IMG/VR virus record: IMGVR_UViG_3300037463_000035
Span: 1-27,963 of that record
Origin: a virus
Taxonomy: Duplodnaviria > Caudoviricetes
Length of the DNA stretch: 27,963 bases
Strand: one strand, 5' to 3'
In this document: positions 7,115 to 16,643 of the stretch, piece after piece
Layout: each line of letters opens with the position of its first letter
How positions within the stretch are numbered: the stretch's first letter is position 1
Notes under the pieces: generated by a model
The model's database searches: none
What the model was told of the DNA's origin: nothing
Seen by the model: the letters and a program-made list of their open reading frames with translations, nothing else
Made by a program: the position numbers and the translations under genes

Positions 7115-10100
7115 CACAGTGGCGCCTCCGACGCGATGTACCAGCTGCGCACCCGCGCCGTGGAATCGACGGTGCTGCCGCCGTGGTCCACCCGGATCCG
7201 CACCTCGTAGTTGACCGTCATCTCGGAGCCGTCAGCATTGGATCCGCTCCGCTCGTGAGCTGTGTCGAGCACCACCGTCTGCGTGCCCCCGTTCGGCGCC
7301 CCCAGCGCCGGCGTGGTTGCCACCCCTTCCACCCACTCCACCGGCAGGTCGGAGCCGAGGGACCACCGCACGTCCACCAGCAGCGTGTACGTCGGAGCGG
7401 AGGTGGTGCTGACCGCGATCGTGAGATCGTCGTCGCCCACCGCCGGCGCGGTGAGCACCAGGTCGGTGAGCACGGCCTCAGTCGGTGCGGTGGGGCCGCG
7501 CACGACGCGCATCTGTGCGGTCGAGAGGGAGTCGGCGTCGCGCTCCGTCTCCGGATCGTTGTACGCGCGGACCTCGACGCTCCATACGTCGCTGGCCCCC
7601 ATTACGCCGGCCAAGTCGAACGTCACACTCGCGCCGTCCCGGGTGGCGGTGTACTCGCTCCCGACGGGCGCCTCCAGGCGCGTAATCGTCCAGCTGCCGG
7701 CGTTCTGGCCGATGGCCTTCACCTTCTGGCCGTCAACGTCCAGGTCGAGGATGGTAGGCGCGAACACCGGCGGCGGCAGGTAGGGTACCCACCAGCGCTG
7801 GCCCCACTGCACCACGCCCGCTGGCGAGACCCAACCCGCCTGCACCATGGCCAGCGAGAACTGGGGAGAGCGGGACGCCTTGGGGATCATCAGCGGCGCT
7901 GTCACCGCCGCGGCCGCGTTGATGAGCGCGTTCTTCGCCTCGTCGCTGTTGGGAGCGCCGCTCTGGAACATCAGAGCCGCACCCCGCACCATCGTCACGC
8001 CGGCGCCGGCGACCCACCCGAGCGCGACGTGCGTAGCCGTGGCCTGCGCCGCGATCAGCTTGACGTCCGTCAGGTTGTAGTAGCCAGCGACGCGGGGCAG
8101 GCGCGCATTGCGCCCGGCGATCCGCGACCCTTTCCGCATGTGGCCGTCCCATGCGCCCTTGGGGCTGCCCGCGCCACGCCAGCGCGTGCGCCCGACTCCG
8201 GGGCTGGGGAACTCGTGCGTGAGTCCCAGCACGGCGCTATCCAGGTGCTGGTCGAAGAGCACCGTGTTAGGCATCCAGCGCACGACCTGGTCGGGTGCGG
8301 CGAACCAGCAGTAGCGCGTCTCCATCTCCAGCGGGATCGGCGGGCTGGACACGTCGGCGTAGATGGCGGCGCCGTATGCGTCCAGCTCCGCCTGCGTGTC
8401 GATCGCGCTGCCCTCCTCCTCGGGGATCTGGAGGAAGCGTGGCCCGTACTGGAGCACCAGCGGATCGGCGGCGACGTTCGCCTCGGCCGGCATCTGGAAC
8501 GTGAGCTCCTCGCCCGTCTCGCGATCCGTGGCCAGGACGCGGACGATGGTGCGCAGGTTCTTGCTGCCGGTGCTGATGTTGTGCACTTCCAGGTACGTCG
8601 ACGGCATCACCGCGAAGTCGGGGTCCACCTTCTCCCGGGGCGGCGTGATGAGCGTCAGCCGCTCCTCGCCGGCGGCTTCGTTCCACTCCTGCCGGATGAC
8701 CGCGCCGGCCTGGTCCGCCAGCCTCTCCAGCGCCTCCCACACCGAGACCTCGTTCACCTCATAGCGGGTGATCCGGAATTCCGGGGGGCTGGGGCGCACG
8801 GCGGTCGGGTACTGCCCCGCCCCCATCCACTGGTCGGCGATCGCCTGGGATACGTCCAGCAGTGGCGTGCCCAGGGGGTCCCCTTCCTCCGTGCCGTACA
8901 CGGTGGCGTCGCGCGCGTAGGTGTCGGCCAGTGCGCCGCTGCGGTCGCGGAATGGCACCTCGACGGTGCCGCGGTCCCTACCGCCCCATTCCGGGTCGTC
9001 GGTCAGTCCCTCGAATACCGCTCGCCAGTCGCCCTCGCCGGGCTCGTGGCTGACGGGGGCCTCGACGCCAGCGGCGACGGCGGCTGCCAGCGGCTCCACC
9101 TCCAGCAGCACCGCGCCAGCAGCAGCGTCGACGGTGGTGTAGGCGATCCCCGTGGGGAAGTGCACGACCGAGCCCGCCGCCACCGCGCGGTCCAGCGGCT
9201 CGACGCTGACCGCCTCGGCCAGCATTGCCGCCGGCGCTGCGGTGGTGATTCGCGCGTCGGTGGGCATGCACGCGGTCAGGATGCGGATCTCGCGGCCGAA
9301 GTCCAGCGCCGGCGCGAAATCGCCCCCATCCTGGTTGAGCGGGCTGCCGATGACCAGCGGCGCGAGGTTGTCGCCGCCGCGGCTCCTGTGCAGGGTGAGG
9401 GTGCCCGAGCCGATCCCCGCGTCCACCTGCGCGGGCTGGAAGCGGAGGGAGCGAATCCAGTTCCGGCCTCCGAAAGAGCGGTAGGACTGCAGCATCGGGA
9501 CGCCGCCGTCCAGCCGCTCGATCAGCACGTCCAGGTGCGGCACGAACTGACCACTCGCCCACAGGTCGTACTCGTCCGGCGTGGCGCGGCCGAGGTTGCC
9601 CAGCGAGACCTCGAAGGTGTCCGTCGCCTGCAGCCCGTCGTGATCGGTGACGCGCTGGGTGATGGTGTACGCGCCGTAGCTCGCGTACGTGTGCGCCGCG
9701 GCCGCGGTGACCCCGGTGCCGTCCCCAAAGTCGTACTCGACGAGCGCCACGACGCCGTCAGGGTCGCTCGCCTCGCTGGTGCAAGTGACGGTGCGCTCGT
9801 CGATCGCCACGGTGAATCCGGCCAGCGGCGGCACCTTGGTGCGCGCCCACTCCACCGCGGCATCGAACAGGGCGAGCCCCGCGGCATTCAGCCGCTCGAA
9901 TTCATAGATGCCGAAACCGACACGGCGCGCGGCGGCTACGACGCCCCCATGCATCGCGACACCAGCCTCGTACCCGAAGATCACCGTCTGATCCGAGCCG
10001 TTGGTCACCGGGCGCTGCATCCCGGCCGGCGCCATGGCATGCTGCAGCCGGGTCACACCCGTGACGCCGCCAGCGGTGTAGATGGTGTGCTGGCCGGCGG

Positions 10101-10440
10101 CCAGGCCTCCGGCGAGAGGGTGCGCCGGGTTGGCTATGGTAACGGTGGCGCCGGTGCCGGCATTGATGTACAGCCGGAGCATCATCGACTGGACCAGCTC
10201 ACCCCAATCCTCTCGCGTCCCCGCCATTACCGGGACCGCCACGTTCCGGTACTTCGTCCCCACCTGGCTCACGTCGGTGCCAAGGATGATCAGGTGGTAC
10301 GCGGACACGTTTACCGGGACCGCCACTTCGTCGTTGATGACGGAGACGGCGTGGCCCCGGCTCTCGAGATGAGCCTTCATGGCCACGGCCGGGGCAGTCA
10401 TCGCAGCCGAGTTGCCCACCACCAGGAGGACGGCGGCCAT
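7114..10440 (-). CDS. Large tail tip/baseplate hub protein with N-terminal accessory domain and PKD domain
   Basis: PKD motif PPLAGFT...SDPDG...YDFGDG...HTYASYGAYTITQRVTD. Hub-like SVWEALERLADQAGAVIR. Start ATG 10440 overlaps the upstream TGA. Confidence 0.75.
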   Translation of the reverse strand: MAAVLLVVGNSAAMTAPAVAMKAHLESRGHAVSVINDEVAVPVNVSAYHLIILGTDVSQVGTKYRNVAVPVMAGTREDWGELVQSMMLRLYINAGTGATVTIANPAHPLAGGLAAGQHTIYTAGGVTGVTRLQHAMAPAGMQRPVTNGSDQTVIFGYEAGVAMHGGVVAAARRVGFGIYEFERLNAAGLALFDAAVEWARTKVPPLAGFTVAIDERTVTCTSEASDPDGVVALVEYDFGDGTGVTAAAAHTYASYGAYTITQRVTDHDGLQATDTFEVSLGNLGRATPDEYDLWASGQFVPHLDVLIERLDGGVPMLQSYRSFGGRNWIRSLRFQPAQVDAGIGSGTLTLHRSRGGDNLAPLVIGSPLNQDGGDFAPALDFGREIRILTACMPTDARITTAAPAAMLAEAVSVEPLDRAVAAGSVVHFPTGIAYTTVDAAAGAVLLEVEPLAAAVAAGVEAPVSHEPGEGDWRAVFEGLTDDPEWGGRDRGTVEVPFRDRSGALADTYARDATVYGTEEGDPLGTPLLDVSQAIADQWMGAGQYPTAVRPSPPEFRITRYEVNEVSVWEALERLADQAGAVIRQEWNEAAGEERLTLITPPREKVDPDFAVMPSTYLEVHNISTGSKNLRTIVRVLATDRETGEELTFQMPAEANVAADPLVLQYGPRFLQIPEEEGSAIDTQAELDAYGAAIYADVSSPPIPLEMETRYCWFAAPDQVVRWMPNTVLFDQHLDSAVLGLTHEFPSPGVGRTRWRGAGSPKGAWDGHMRKGSRIAGRNARLPRVAGYYNLTDVKLIAAQATATHVALGWVAGAGVTMVRGAALMFQSGAPNSDEAKNALINAAAAVTAPLMIPKASRSPQFSLAMVQAGWVSPAGVVQWGQRWWVPYLPPPVFAPTILDLDVDGQKVKAIGQNAGSWTITRLEAPVGSEYTATRDGASVTFDLAGVMGASDVWSVEVRAYNDPETERDADSLSTAQMRVVRGPTAPTEAVLTDLVLTAPAVGDDDLTIAVSTTSAPTYTLLVDVRWSLGSDLPVEWVEGVATTPALGAPNGGTQTVVLDTAHERSGSNADGSEMTVNYEVRIRVDHGGSTVDSTARVRSWYIASEAPL

Positions 10441-10778
10441 CAGGCTTGCCGCAGCGTAAGGGAGAGCGCCACCTCGAATGTCGCTGCGCCGGTGCGCTCG
10501 CGCGGGGCGGGGCCGACCGTCACCAAACAAGTGAGCGGGGACATATCCAGGAGGGCGCCGGTACAGATGACCGGTCCCGCGCCCACGGCCGCGCGCAACG
10601 CGGCCGCGTCGGCCTTCGGCAACGAGATGGTCTTGCCCTGGTACTCTTCCATCGGCAGGTCCGTCCCATCCTGCAGGGTGTTGTCGAAGGCGACCGCCAC
10701 TTCACCACGCCGGCGGTCGGGGAGGCGCTCGATCGATTCCATTGGTACGGCGATTCCGGCGATCGTCAGCAGGTCCAT
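10440..10778 (-). CDS. Distal tail (Dit)-like minor tail protein
   Basis: 112 aa, beta-rich, first co-oriented gene after the tape measure, coupled to the hub gene. Positional call. Confidence 0.55.
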   Translation of the reverse strand: MDLLTIAGIAVPMESIERLPDRRRGEVAVAFDNTLQDGTDLPMEEYQGKTISLPKADAAALRAAVGAGPVICTGALLDMSPLTCLVTVGPAPRERTGAATFEVALSLTLRQA

Positions 10779-10871
10779 GGTTCAGCAGCCTTGACGGACG
10801 GTCCTGGAGGGGCCGAGTATGCGAGCGCCCTGACAGCGACGTTTCATTTCCTTACCTCCTCGGAGCAACGC

Positions 10872-11186
10872 ATGAAGATCGCCCTCTGTCTGACCCTTGG
10901 ATGTCTCGCGGCCTGCGCAGCCGGGGAGCCGGTCGGACCTGTCAGTGCCCCCGCCCCCGCCGGGGCGCTGGAGTGCGCGCTTCGGGCGGCCGGTGAAGCT
11001 GGGTACAGCCCCACCGCGGGCGGCGTAGGCGACGGCTATCTCACGGTGACGCAGCTTGGGCGCACGTACACTGTCTCGGTCGCTCAGGGGGTCATGCGAG
11101 TCGTGGTGAACGCAGGCGACAGGCAGGCTGATCGCGACGCGCGTGCGGTGTTGGCGGCCTGCGCCTCCCCGCCGCCAGCGCAGTAA
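10872..11186 (+). CDS. Small lipoprotein moron inserted antisense within the tail module
   Basis: MKIALCLTLGCLAAC: basic N-terminus, hydrophobic core and lipobox LAAC. RBS GGAG (10862-10865). 104 aa with two further Cys in the mature part. Confidence 0.7.
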   Translation: MKIALCLTLGCLAACAAGEPVGPVSAPAPAGALECALRAAGEAGYSPTAGGVGDGYLTVTQLGRTYTVSVAQGVMRVVVNAGDRQADRDARAVLAACASPPPAQ

Positions 11187-11347
11187 AACCGGGGCGCCAG
11201 AGGCATGATGGCATTGGTATGACGCAAGCGCCTCCGCCTCCCGGTAGCGTCCGCGCGAAGGCGCGCAGCGCCTCGGACAGACGGTGCCGGGGCGGGCGCG
11301 CACACGCTGGACAAACCGCCCCGGAAAGCGCAGCTGCGTGGGGCGGT

Positions 11348-14300
11348 TCACGCCGGGGCCGCCAGCGACTCAGCGAACGCGCGCATCGCGGGGTTGCTGC
11401 GCGCCAGCCGCTGCACTTCGGCCCACCACGCCCTGTACGTCTCCCGCCCGTCACCGCTCGTGTGGATGGTGACCGGCACCTGCATCCCCTGGTACACGAC
11501 GCTCTGCGGCTGCCCGCCTGTCGGCGCGCCCGGCTGCGGCGCAGGTGCGGGTCCGATGGGCGCGGCTGGCGCGACCGCTCGCGCGTCCTGCGCACGGAAC
11601 CTGTATGCCGCAGTCTTGAATCCCTCCACGGCGTTGACGATGCTTCGGGAGGCGCGCTCTGCGTTGGCAGCTTGGTTGACGGCCTCGTCGAACGACAGGT
11701 CCAGCAGCTTTTGGCGCACCGCCTCCGCACCGTCCATCATGGACTGACCGGCGCGGATGAGCGGCCCGCCACTGATGCCCGGGATTTTATCGATCATCTT
11801 CCCGATCCCACGCACTGCCCAGCCGATCGCCGTCTGGAGATACGTCACGGCGATGGCGAGTAGGCGGAGCGGCTGGAACAGCAGCTTAACAACCGGCAGA
11901 AGCATCGTCCCAAGCGCCTCCCCTATCAGGCGGACGGGGTAGAGCAGCCCCGCCAGAGCGGGTCCCAGCGTCTCCGCTACACCGCTCACCATCTCCATCA
12001 GCACGACAAACGCTGCGGCGCCTGGTATTGGCGGCAGGGCCGACGCCCCGTCGTGTGGCTGTCCCATCCTCGCCTCCGCGCGCCGTTCCACACCAAGGGC
12101 CGCAAACATCCCCGCGAAGTCCGCGACCTGCCGCGGCAGCCCGTTCAGCAGCCCGGCCCACCTCCCGCGGACATCCTCGGACGCCGCCTTCAACCGCTCG
12201 GCCGCCTTCTCCGCGCCTTCGATCAGCGCAGCACGCCAACGGGCTGAGTGCGCGGTGAGTATCCGCCCCGCCTGCTGCGCGTACCCCGGGGCTGCGGAGA
12301 ACGACAGGTCCGGCACCTGTGCGGGCAGCATCGGTGCACGGGCGGCGCGCACTTCGGCTGGCCCAACGACGCCGAATGTCCCGAGCTCGCGCATCTGCGT
12401 AACGATTCCAAGCAGCTCGCGGTAGTCCTGCAGCGCCTCGGCGGGGAGCGACGCCGCGTCGCCCATGGTGCGGAGGCGTGCGGCGGCGACGTCGTATAGC
12501 GCGGTGAGCTCAGTAACCACGGCCGCCGTGTCCCTGCCGTGCGCGCGCTCCGCCTCGAACACCTCCGCCAGCAGTGTCGCACGCGCGCGCAGGATCTCCA
12601 CAAACCGCTTGCCCTTCTCCGCGGCCTCCGCTGCTCCGGCACCGCCGCCCAGGTCTCCAGCCGCCGCCACAAGGAGCTGCGCCTGCTGCTGGATGCGGCG
12701 TGCAGACTCGGAGCCCGCCTGCTCCTGCGCGGTGCGCGACTTCGCGAGCTCGGCGTTGTAGTCCCTGAGACGGGTCTGCGCGGCCTGCCACTCCATTCCG
12801 AAATCAGTCGCGACCCGCCGCGCAGCTTCGCCCCCGGGGCGTTGCTGTGAGGCCGGTAGCTGCTCCATCCGCGTCATCGCCTCACCTGCGGCCCGGCGCG
12901 CCTCCAAGGCGTCGAAGGTGGCCTGCTGTTCACGGACGCGCCGCTCCCACACCGCGCTGCTTTCCACCGCGTTCACAAACTGCTCCGTGACCGCCGCGTC
13001 GCTCATGATGGCCAGCGCGTTCGCGGCGCGCTGGGCGGACTCCTCCATCATACGCGCACCCTCTCGGGACTTCCGCCCCGCGTCCAGCCAGCCCAGGCCG
13101 ATTGCGCTCAGGACGGTCGTAACGGCGAGGCCAATCGGCCCTCCAAAGAACGCAAGCGCTCCGCGCAGGAGCGCGAGGACGCCAGCCAACCCGCGCGCGG
13201 CGAGTGCCACTACCCCCATGCGGGCGGCCATCACAACAAACGCAGCGGCGTTCGCAGCGGCCGCGACCGTGGCCGCGATGATCCCGGGCACGAGCCGTCC
13301 GAGCAGGATCGACGCGAGCAGGACGACTGCCTGCCCGACACGGTACAGGACCATGGCCAGCGTCTGACCGTTCTCCATCAACGCCACAATGGCGCGGTTG
13401 AACACATCGAGGATGCGGGTACCGAACGGCTCCAGAGCCTGCGTGACCCGGTTGCGGAGGATCGCCAGGCTTTCCGAGAAGCCGTCGGTGTCTGCTGCGG
13501 CCGCGGCGATGGTGTCCGTCCCGTTCGCGATGTGCTCCACCAAGCCGTCGATCGCGAAACGCCCCTCCAGGATGGCGGCCGCCATGTCGGGCCCGGCGCG
13601 CTTGCCGAAGGTCGCAATGGCCAGCGCAGTCGCCGCCGTCGAGGGGCCCAGCGCCTGGATGCGGTCGATCGTGTCCTTGAGCGCGCGCGGCGCGTTCTTG
13701 CCCTCCTTCGCGAAGTTGCCGAGCGCAATGCGGAGGCTGCCCAGCACTAGCTCCGCGTTCACCCCCTCCTTCTCGAACTTGCCCATCAGGGCAGCCGCTT
13801 CCTCGAAGGAGAACCCGAGCTGGCGCAGCGGCGCGCCGTACTGCACCAGCTTGGCAAGGAGCGTGTCCACCCCGATGCCCGTGGCCTGGCTGGCGCGGAA
13901 TACCATGTCCAGCGTGTCGGCCTGCTGGGCAGCGGCGATTCCCCAGTCCCCGAACGCCCGCGTTGCGCCAGCGACGTTGGCGGTGAGGTCCGTCTTGGTG
14001 ATGCGGGAGAGGGTAAGGACCTGGGTTGCGAGCTCCTGCAGCCCCGGCCCGGTCTGGCCCGTGCGGGTGTTGAGGTCCGCGATCGCTTGCGAGGCGCGAT
14101 CGGCCCCGTCCGGAACGCCCGCGAACGTTCGGGAGAAATCCGCTTCGAGGGATGAGAGCGCACTGCCGGTCGCGCCCGTCCCGATGCGGATGGTATCCAA
14201 GGCGTCGTCGATCGCGAGGCCAGCTGCGAACGCGGCGGTGCTGATGGCGAGGAGGGAAGCGACGGCGGCGCCGCGGAAGGCCGACATCAAGCGCTCCGCA

Positions 14301-14380
14301 TCCGTCAGCCGGCTGCGAAGGTTCTCAATGTCGGCCATGATGCGCACGCGCAGCGCCGCCAGGTACCCGCTCTCGCTCAT
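11348..14380 (-). CDS. Tail tape measure protein
   Basis: 1010 aa, Ala-rich and helical. N-terminal LAALRVRIMADIENLRSRL. PhageMin_Tail-like IRIGTGATG...QYGAPLRQLGFSFEEAAALMGKFEKEG. Follows the G/GT chaperones. Confidence 0.93.
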   Translation of the reverse strand: MSESGYLAALRVRIMADIENLRSRLTDAERLMSAFRGAAVASLLAISTAAFAAGLAIDDALDTIRIGTGATGSALSSLEADFSRTFAGVPDGADRASQAIADLNTRTGQTGPGLQELATQVLTLSRITKTDLTANVAGATRAFGDWGIAAAQQADTLDMVFRASQATGIGVDTLLAKLVQYGAPLRQLGFSFEEAAALMGKFEKEGVNAELVLGSLRIALGNFAKEGKNAPRALKDTIDRIQALGPSTAATALAIATFGKRAGPDMAAAILEGRFAIDGLVEHIANGTDTIAAAAADTDGFSESLAILRNRVTQALEPFGTRILDVFNRAIVALMENGQTLAMVLYRVGQAVVLLASILLGRLVPGIIAATVAAAANAAAFVVMAARMGVVALAARGLAGVLALLRGALAFFGGPIGLAVTTVLSAIGLGWLDAGRKSREGARMMEESAQRAANALAIMSDAAVTEQFVNAVESSAVWERRVREQQATFDALEARRAAGEAMTRMEQLPASQQRPGGEAARRVATDFGMEWQAAQTRLRDYNAELAKSRTAQEQAGSESARRIQQQAQLLVAAAGDLGGGAGAAEAAEKGKRFVEILRARATLLAEVFEAERAHGRDTAAVVTELTALYDVAAARLRTMGDAASLPAEALQDYRELLGIVTQMRELGTFGVVGPAEVRAARAPMLPAQVPDLSFSAAPGYAQQAGRILTAHSARWRAALIEGAEKAAERLKAASEDVRGRWAGLLNGLPRQVADFAGMFAALGVERRAEARMGQPHDGASALPPIPGAAAFVVLMEMVSGVAETLGPALAGLLYPVRLIGEALGTMLLPVVKLLFQPLRLLAIAVTYLQTAIGWAVRGIGKMIDKIPGISGGPLIRAGQSMMDGAEAVRQKLLDLSFDEAVNQAANAERASRSIVNAVEGFKTAAYRFRAQDARAVAPAAPIGPAPAPQPGAPTGGQPQSVVYQGMQVPVTIHTSGDGRETYRAWWAEVQRLARSNPAMRAFAESLAAPA

Positions 14381-14405
14381 CGCTCTTCGTTTATGCGGTG
14401 CGGCA

Positions 14406-14669
14406 TCACCCGCGGCCGCCGATCCAGCGCGGTCCGCCCCTTCGGCCGCCCCCGCTGGCGGCGCGGCCCTTCTGCTCGATCTCCCGCTGCGCGTCCTCTT
14501 CCCGCTGCGCCTCAGCCTCGATCTCCGCGAAGCTCAGCATCTCCTGCAGCTTGAGCGGATCCGGCACGCGTTCCTCCACTTCATCGGGAGAACACCTTAG
14601 CCAGTGCCGCGCGACGGAGCAGACCGCCCAGCGGTGCGGCCGCTCCCGGAGGCGGAACGGGTCGGCTAC
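14406..14669 (-). CDS. Tail assembly chaperone GT extension (expressed by -1 frameshift)
   Basis: The -1 frame after the slippery site is open for 87 codons: VADPFRLRERPHRWAVCSVARHWLRCSPDEVEERVPDPLKLQEMLSFAEIEAEAQRE...GGRG*. It ends just before the tape measure gene. Confidence 0.8.
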   Translation of the reverse strand, partial: VADPFRLRERPHRWAVCSVARHWLRCSPDEVEERVPDPLKLQEMLSFAEIEAEAQREEDAQREIEQKGRAASGGGRRGGPRWIGGRG

Positions 14670-15181
14670 TTTCCCGAGTCCTCGTCCTCCTCGTCGTCCG
14701 GCGCGTCCATGCCCGACAGCTCACGGATCTTCGCCGCCGCCGCCGTGGTGAGGCGGTTATCGAGAGTGCCGATCCACTGCAGGTCGGACGGCTCGAACGG
14801 GTTGAAGATGCGCTCGTTCAGGTCGTTCACGAGCCCGTAGGCCACGAGCAGCACGCGGTTGCCGCGCATCTGGAACTTGGTCTTCTTCCCGCCGCCCTTG
14901 ATGTCCAGGCCCGCGTCCTCGACGGCCGACACTTCCTTGGTGGTCAGGCTCTGGACGCGCAGCTGGTAGCCCGGAAAGGCCGGGTGCGTGGCCACGTCGT
15001 AGCGCCGCTGGTTCGCGTGCTCCTTCAGGGTGGCGCGGGTGAACGTGATCGGCGCCGGGGCGGATGCCGTGGTGGGCTGCTCCGCCGCTGAGCGCGCGTG
15101 CAGGGCCACGGTGCCGCTGTTCGCGGGAGGTGCGTCCTGGGCGGACCGCGGAACGCCGCCCGTTGCTTCGGTGATGCTCAT
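14666..15181 (-). CDS. Tail assembly chaperone (gpG-like)
   Basis: Lies between tail tube and tape measure, has an acidic C-terminus ending in GK, and carries the slippery site. Confidence 0.82.
   Translation of the reverse strand: MSITEATGGVPRSAQDAPPANSGTVALHARSAAEQPTTASAPAPITFTRATLKEHANQRRYDVATHPAFPGYQLRVQSLTTKEVSAVEDAGLDIKGGGKKTKFQMRGNRVLLVAYGLVNDLNERIFNPFEPSDLQWIGTLDNRLTTAAAAKIRELSGMDAPDDEEDEDSGK
14669..14675 (-). promoter_or_regulatory. Programmed -1 ribosomal frameshift site G GGA AAG
   Basis: Minus strand TCG GGA AAG TAG. Same heptamer as the lambda G-T frameshift, immediately before the chaperone stop. Confidence 0.88.
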
Positions 15182-15244
15182 GATCTACTCGCTTCTGCGG
15201 TGAGGGGTGCGGTGAACGGACCAGGTGAGCGGGGCCAGCCGCGC

Positions 15245-15781
15245 TCAGGCGGCCAGCTCGACCTCCGTCCACGTGCTGGCCAGCCCGCGCCACGAGAAGT
15301 TGCCCGTGATGCCGGCGCCGTCCATCCCGCCCATCTGCCAGCGGGAGAGCGTGATGTAGGCCTGCACCTGGTAGACGGTGTCGCCGATCGTCGTCCCCTC
15401 CGGGCAGACTTGGAGGAAGACGGGCTCTCGGTTGTTGTGCGCGTCGTCGATGACCTTCTGCCCCGTGGTGTCGCCGTTGTCCAGCCACACCTCCACGGTG
15501 CCGCTCTTGGTGAGGCTGCGCGGCGGACGCATGTCCTCGCCGCCCAGCCATTCACGGACCTGGGGATCGCTGGCCGTGCTGTCGACGTCCCAGTTGGTGA
15601 CCTTCCCCACCAGGGCGAAGGCGCCGTTCGATGTGAGACCGACGCGGATGCGGGAGTCCTCCGGGTCGTAAGGGGCCGCGTGCGCGTGCACGCCGCCCGC
15701 GGCCGTGGTTGGCGCGGCGCCGAGCAGCGCCGCCATCATCTCCGCGGCCGTGAGCCGCACCTTCCGCATCGTCGTCTTCAT
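15245..15781 (-). CDS. Major tail (tube) protein
   Basis: Beta-rich, GTVEVWLDNGDTTGQKVIDDAH...FLQVCPEG...GNFSWRG resembles siphovirus tube proteins. Positional context fits. Start taken at ATG 15781. Confidence 0.8.
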   Translation of the reverse strand: MKTTMRKVRLTAAEMMAALLGAAPTTAAGGVHAHAAPYDPEDSRIRVGLTSNGAFALVGKVTNWDVDSTASDPQVREWLGGEDMRPPRSLTKSGTVEVWLDNGDTTGQKVIDDAHNNREPVFLQVCPEGTTIGDTVYQVQAYITLSRWQMGGMDGAGITGNFSWRGLASTWTEVELAA

Positions 15782-15823
15782 GGATCCTGTCCTCTCGCTC
15801 ACAGGGAGGGCGCTGGGGGGTGA

Positions 15824-16018
15824 TCACGCCTTCGGTGGCGTGGACTTGCCGGTGCCAGCGTCCGGCGCGGGGTCGGTGTCGGCGGCGGCCTCGCGCATCG
15901 CCGGCGCCCGCGCTTCTCGCGCCGCGCGCGACCGGTGCGACGGGGCCGCGAGCCGGCTTTCGAACTCCATCGGCGACGGCTTCGCGTTCTCGGGGGTTTC
16001 GCTTTTCCTGGCGCTCAT
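15824..16018 (-). CDS. Small hypothetical protein
   Basis: MSARKSETPENAK..., with ATG overlapping the upstream TAA and RBS GAGAGG. Fills the gap in the operon. Confidence 0.5.
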   Translation of the reverse strand: MSARKSETPENAKPSPMEFESRLAAPSHRSRAAREARAPAMREAAADTDPAPDAGTGKSTPPKA

Positions 16019-16221
16019 TATTCCTCTCCGGGTGGTTTGTCCCCGAGCCACCGCCGCGGCGGTTTGCGGGGCTCCTCCGCCGCGGCGGGCGCCGCGGCCT
16101 CCTCTACCACCAGCGTGGCTGCCAGCGCGTCGGCCGTGTGGCGGGCGGCTGCGATCTGCTGGTCCAGCGCCGCCAGCTCGGCGCGGAGGGCCTGCACCAG
16201 CGAAGCAGCAGCGGGCGTCAC
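16018..16221 (-). CDS. Small coiled-coil hypothetical protein
   Basis: 67 aa, LVQALRAELAALDQQIAAAR, coupled to both neighbours. Confidence 0.55.
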   Translation of the reverse strand: MTPAAASLVQALRAELAALDQQIAAARHTADALAATLVVEEAAAPAAAEEPRKPPRRWLGDKPPGEE

Positions 16222-16643
16222 GCGGCCTCCAGCGAGATGATGCGGCAGCGGAACGGCGCCTGGCGCAGGTTCCTCCCAGCCACCACGGTGGTCGCGAATT
16301 CCATCTTCAGGCGCGCGGGGTTGAACCCGTCGAGCGCCAGCTTCTCCTGCAGCGCGTCGTCCATCAGCCCCAGCACCTGCATCGCCTCGCTGTTCGACGG
16401 CATCGCGCTCCAGACCGAGCCGCTGAACGTCGCCTCCGCGCCGCGCGCCGCCAGCGCACCGCGGGGCGCGCCGGTCAACGTATCGAGCACGACGTACGGC
16501 ATGACGGGATGCGCTCCTTGTTCATCGTCCGGTACCTCACCGTCGTAGATGCGGCCAGCGATGATCGCGGCGAGCGGAGCGTGGGCCTTCCAGCGATCGA
16601 CGGCCGCCACCTGCGCCGCCCAGATCAGCCTCGCGAGACTCAT
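16218..16643 (-). CDS. Tail terminator/completion protein (DUF3168-like)
   Basis: LAAIIAGRIYDGEVP...PYVVL...VWS is characteristic. Follows the HK97 gp10-like gene. Confidence 0.82.
   Translation of the reverse strand: MSLARLIWAAQVAAVDRWKAHAPLAAIIAGRIYDGEVPDDEQGAHPVMPYVVLDTLTGAPRGALAARGAEATFSGSVWSAMPSNSEAMQVLGLMDDALQEKLALDGFNPARLKMEFATTVVAGRNLRQAPFRCRIISLEAA

Noticed and set aside
7105-10794. 1229-aa plus-strand ORF and many other long antisense ORFs
   Set aside because: Shadow frames of GC-rich minus-strand genes. They are Arg/His/Gly-rich with no motifs, while the opposite strand has clear phage proteins.
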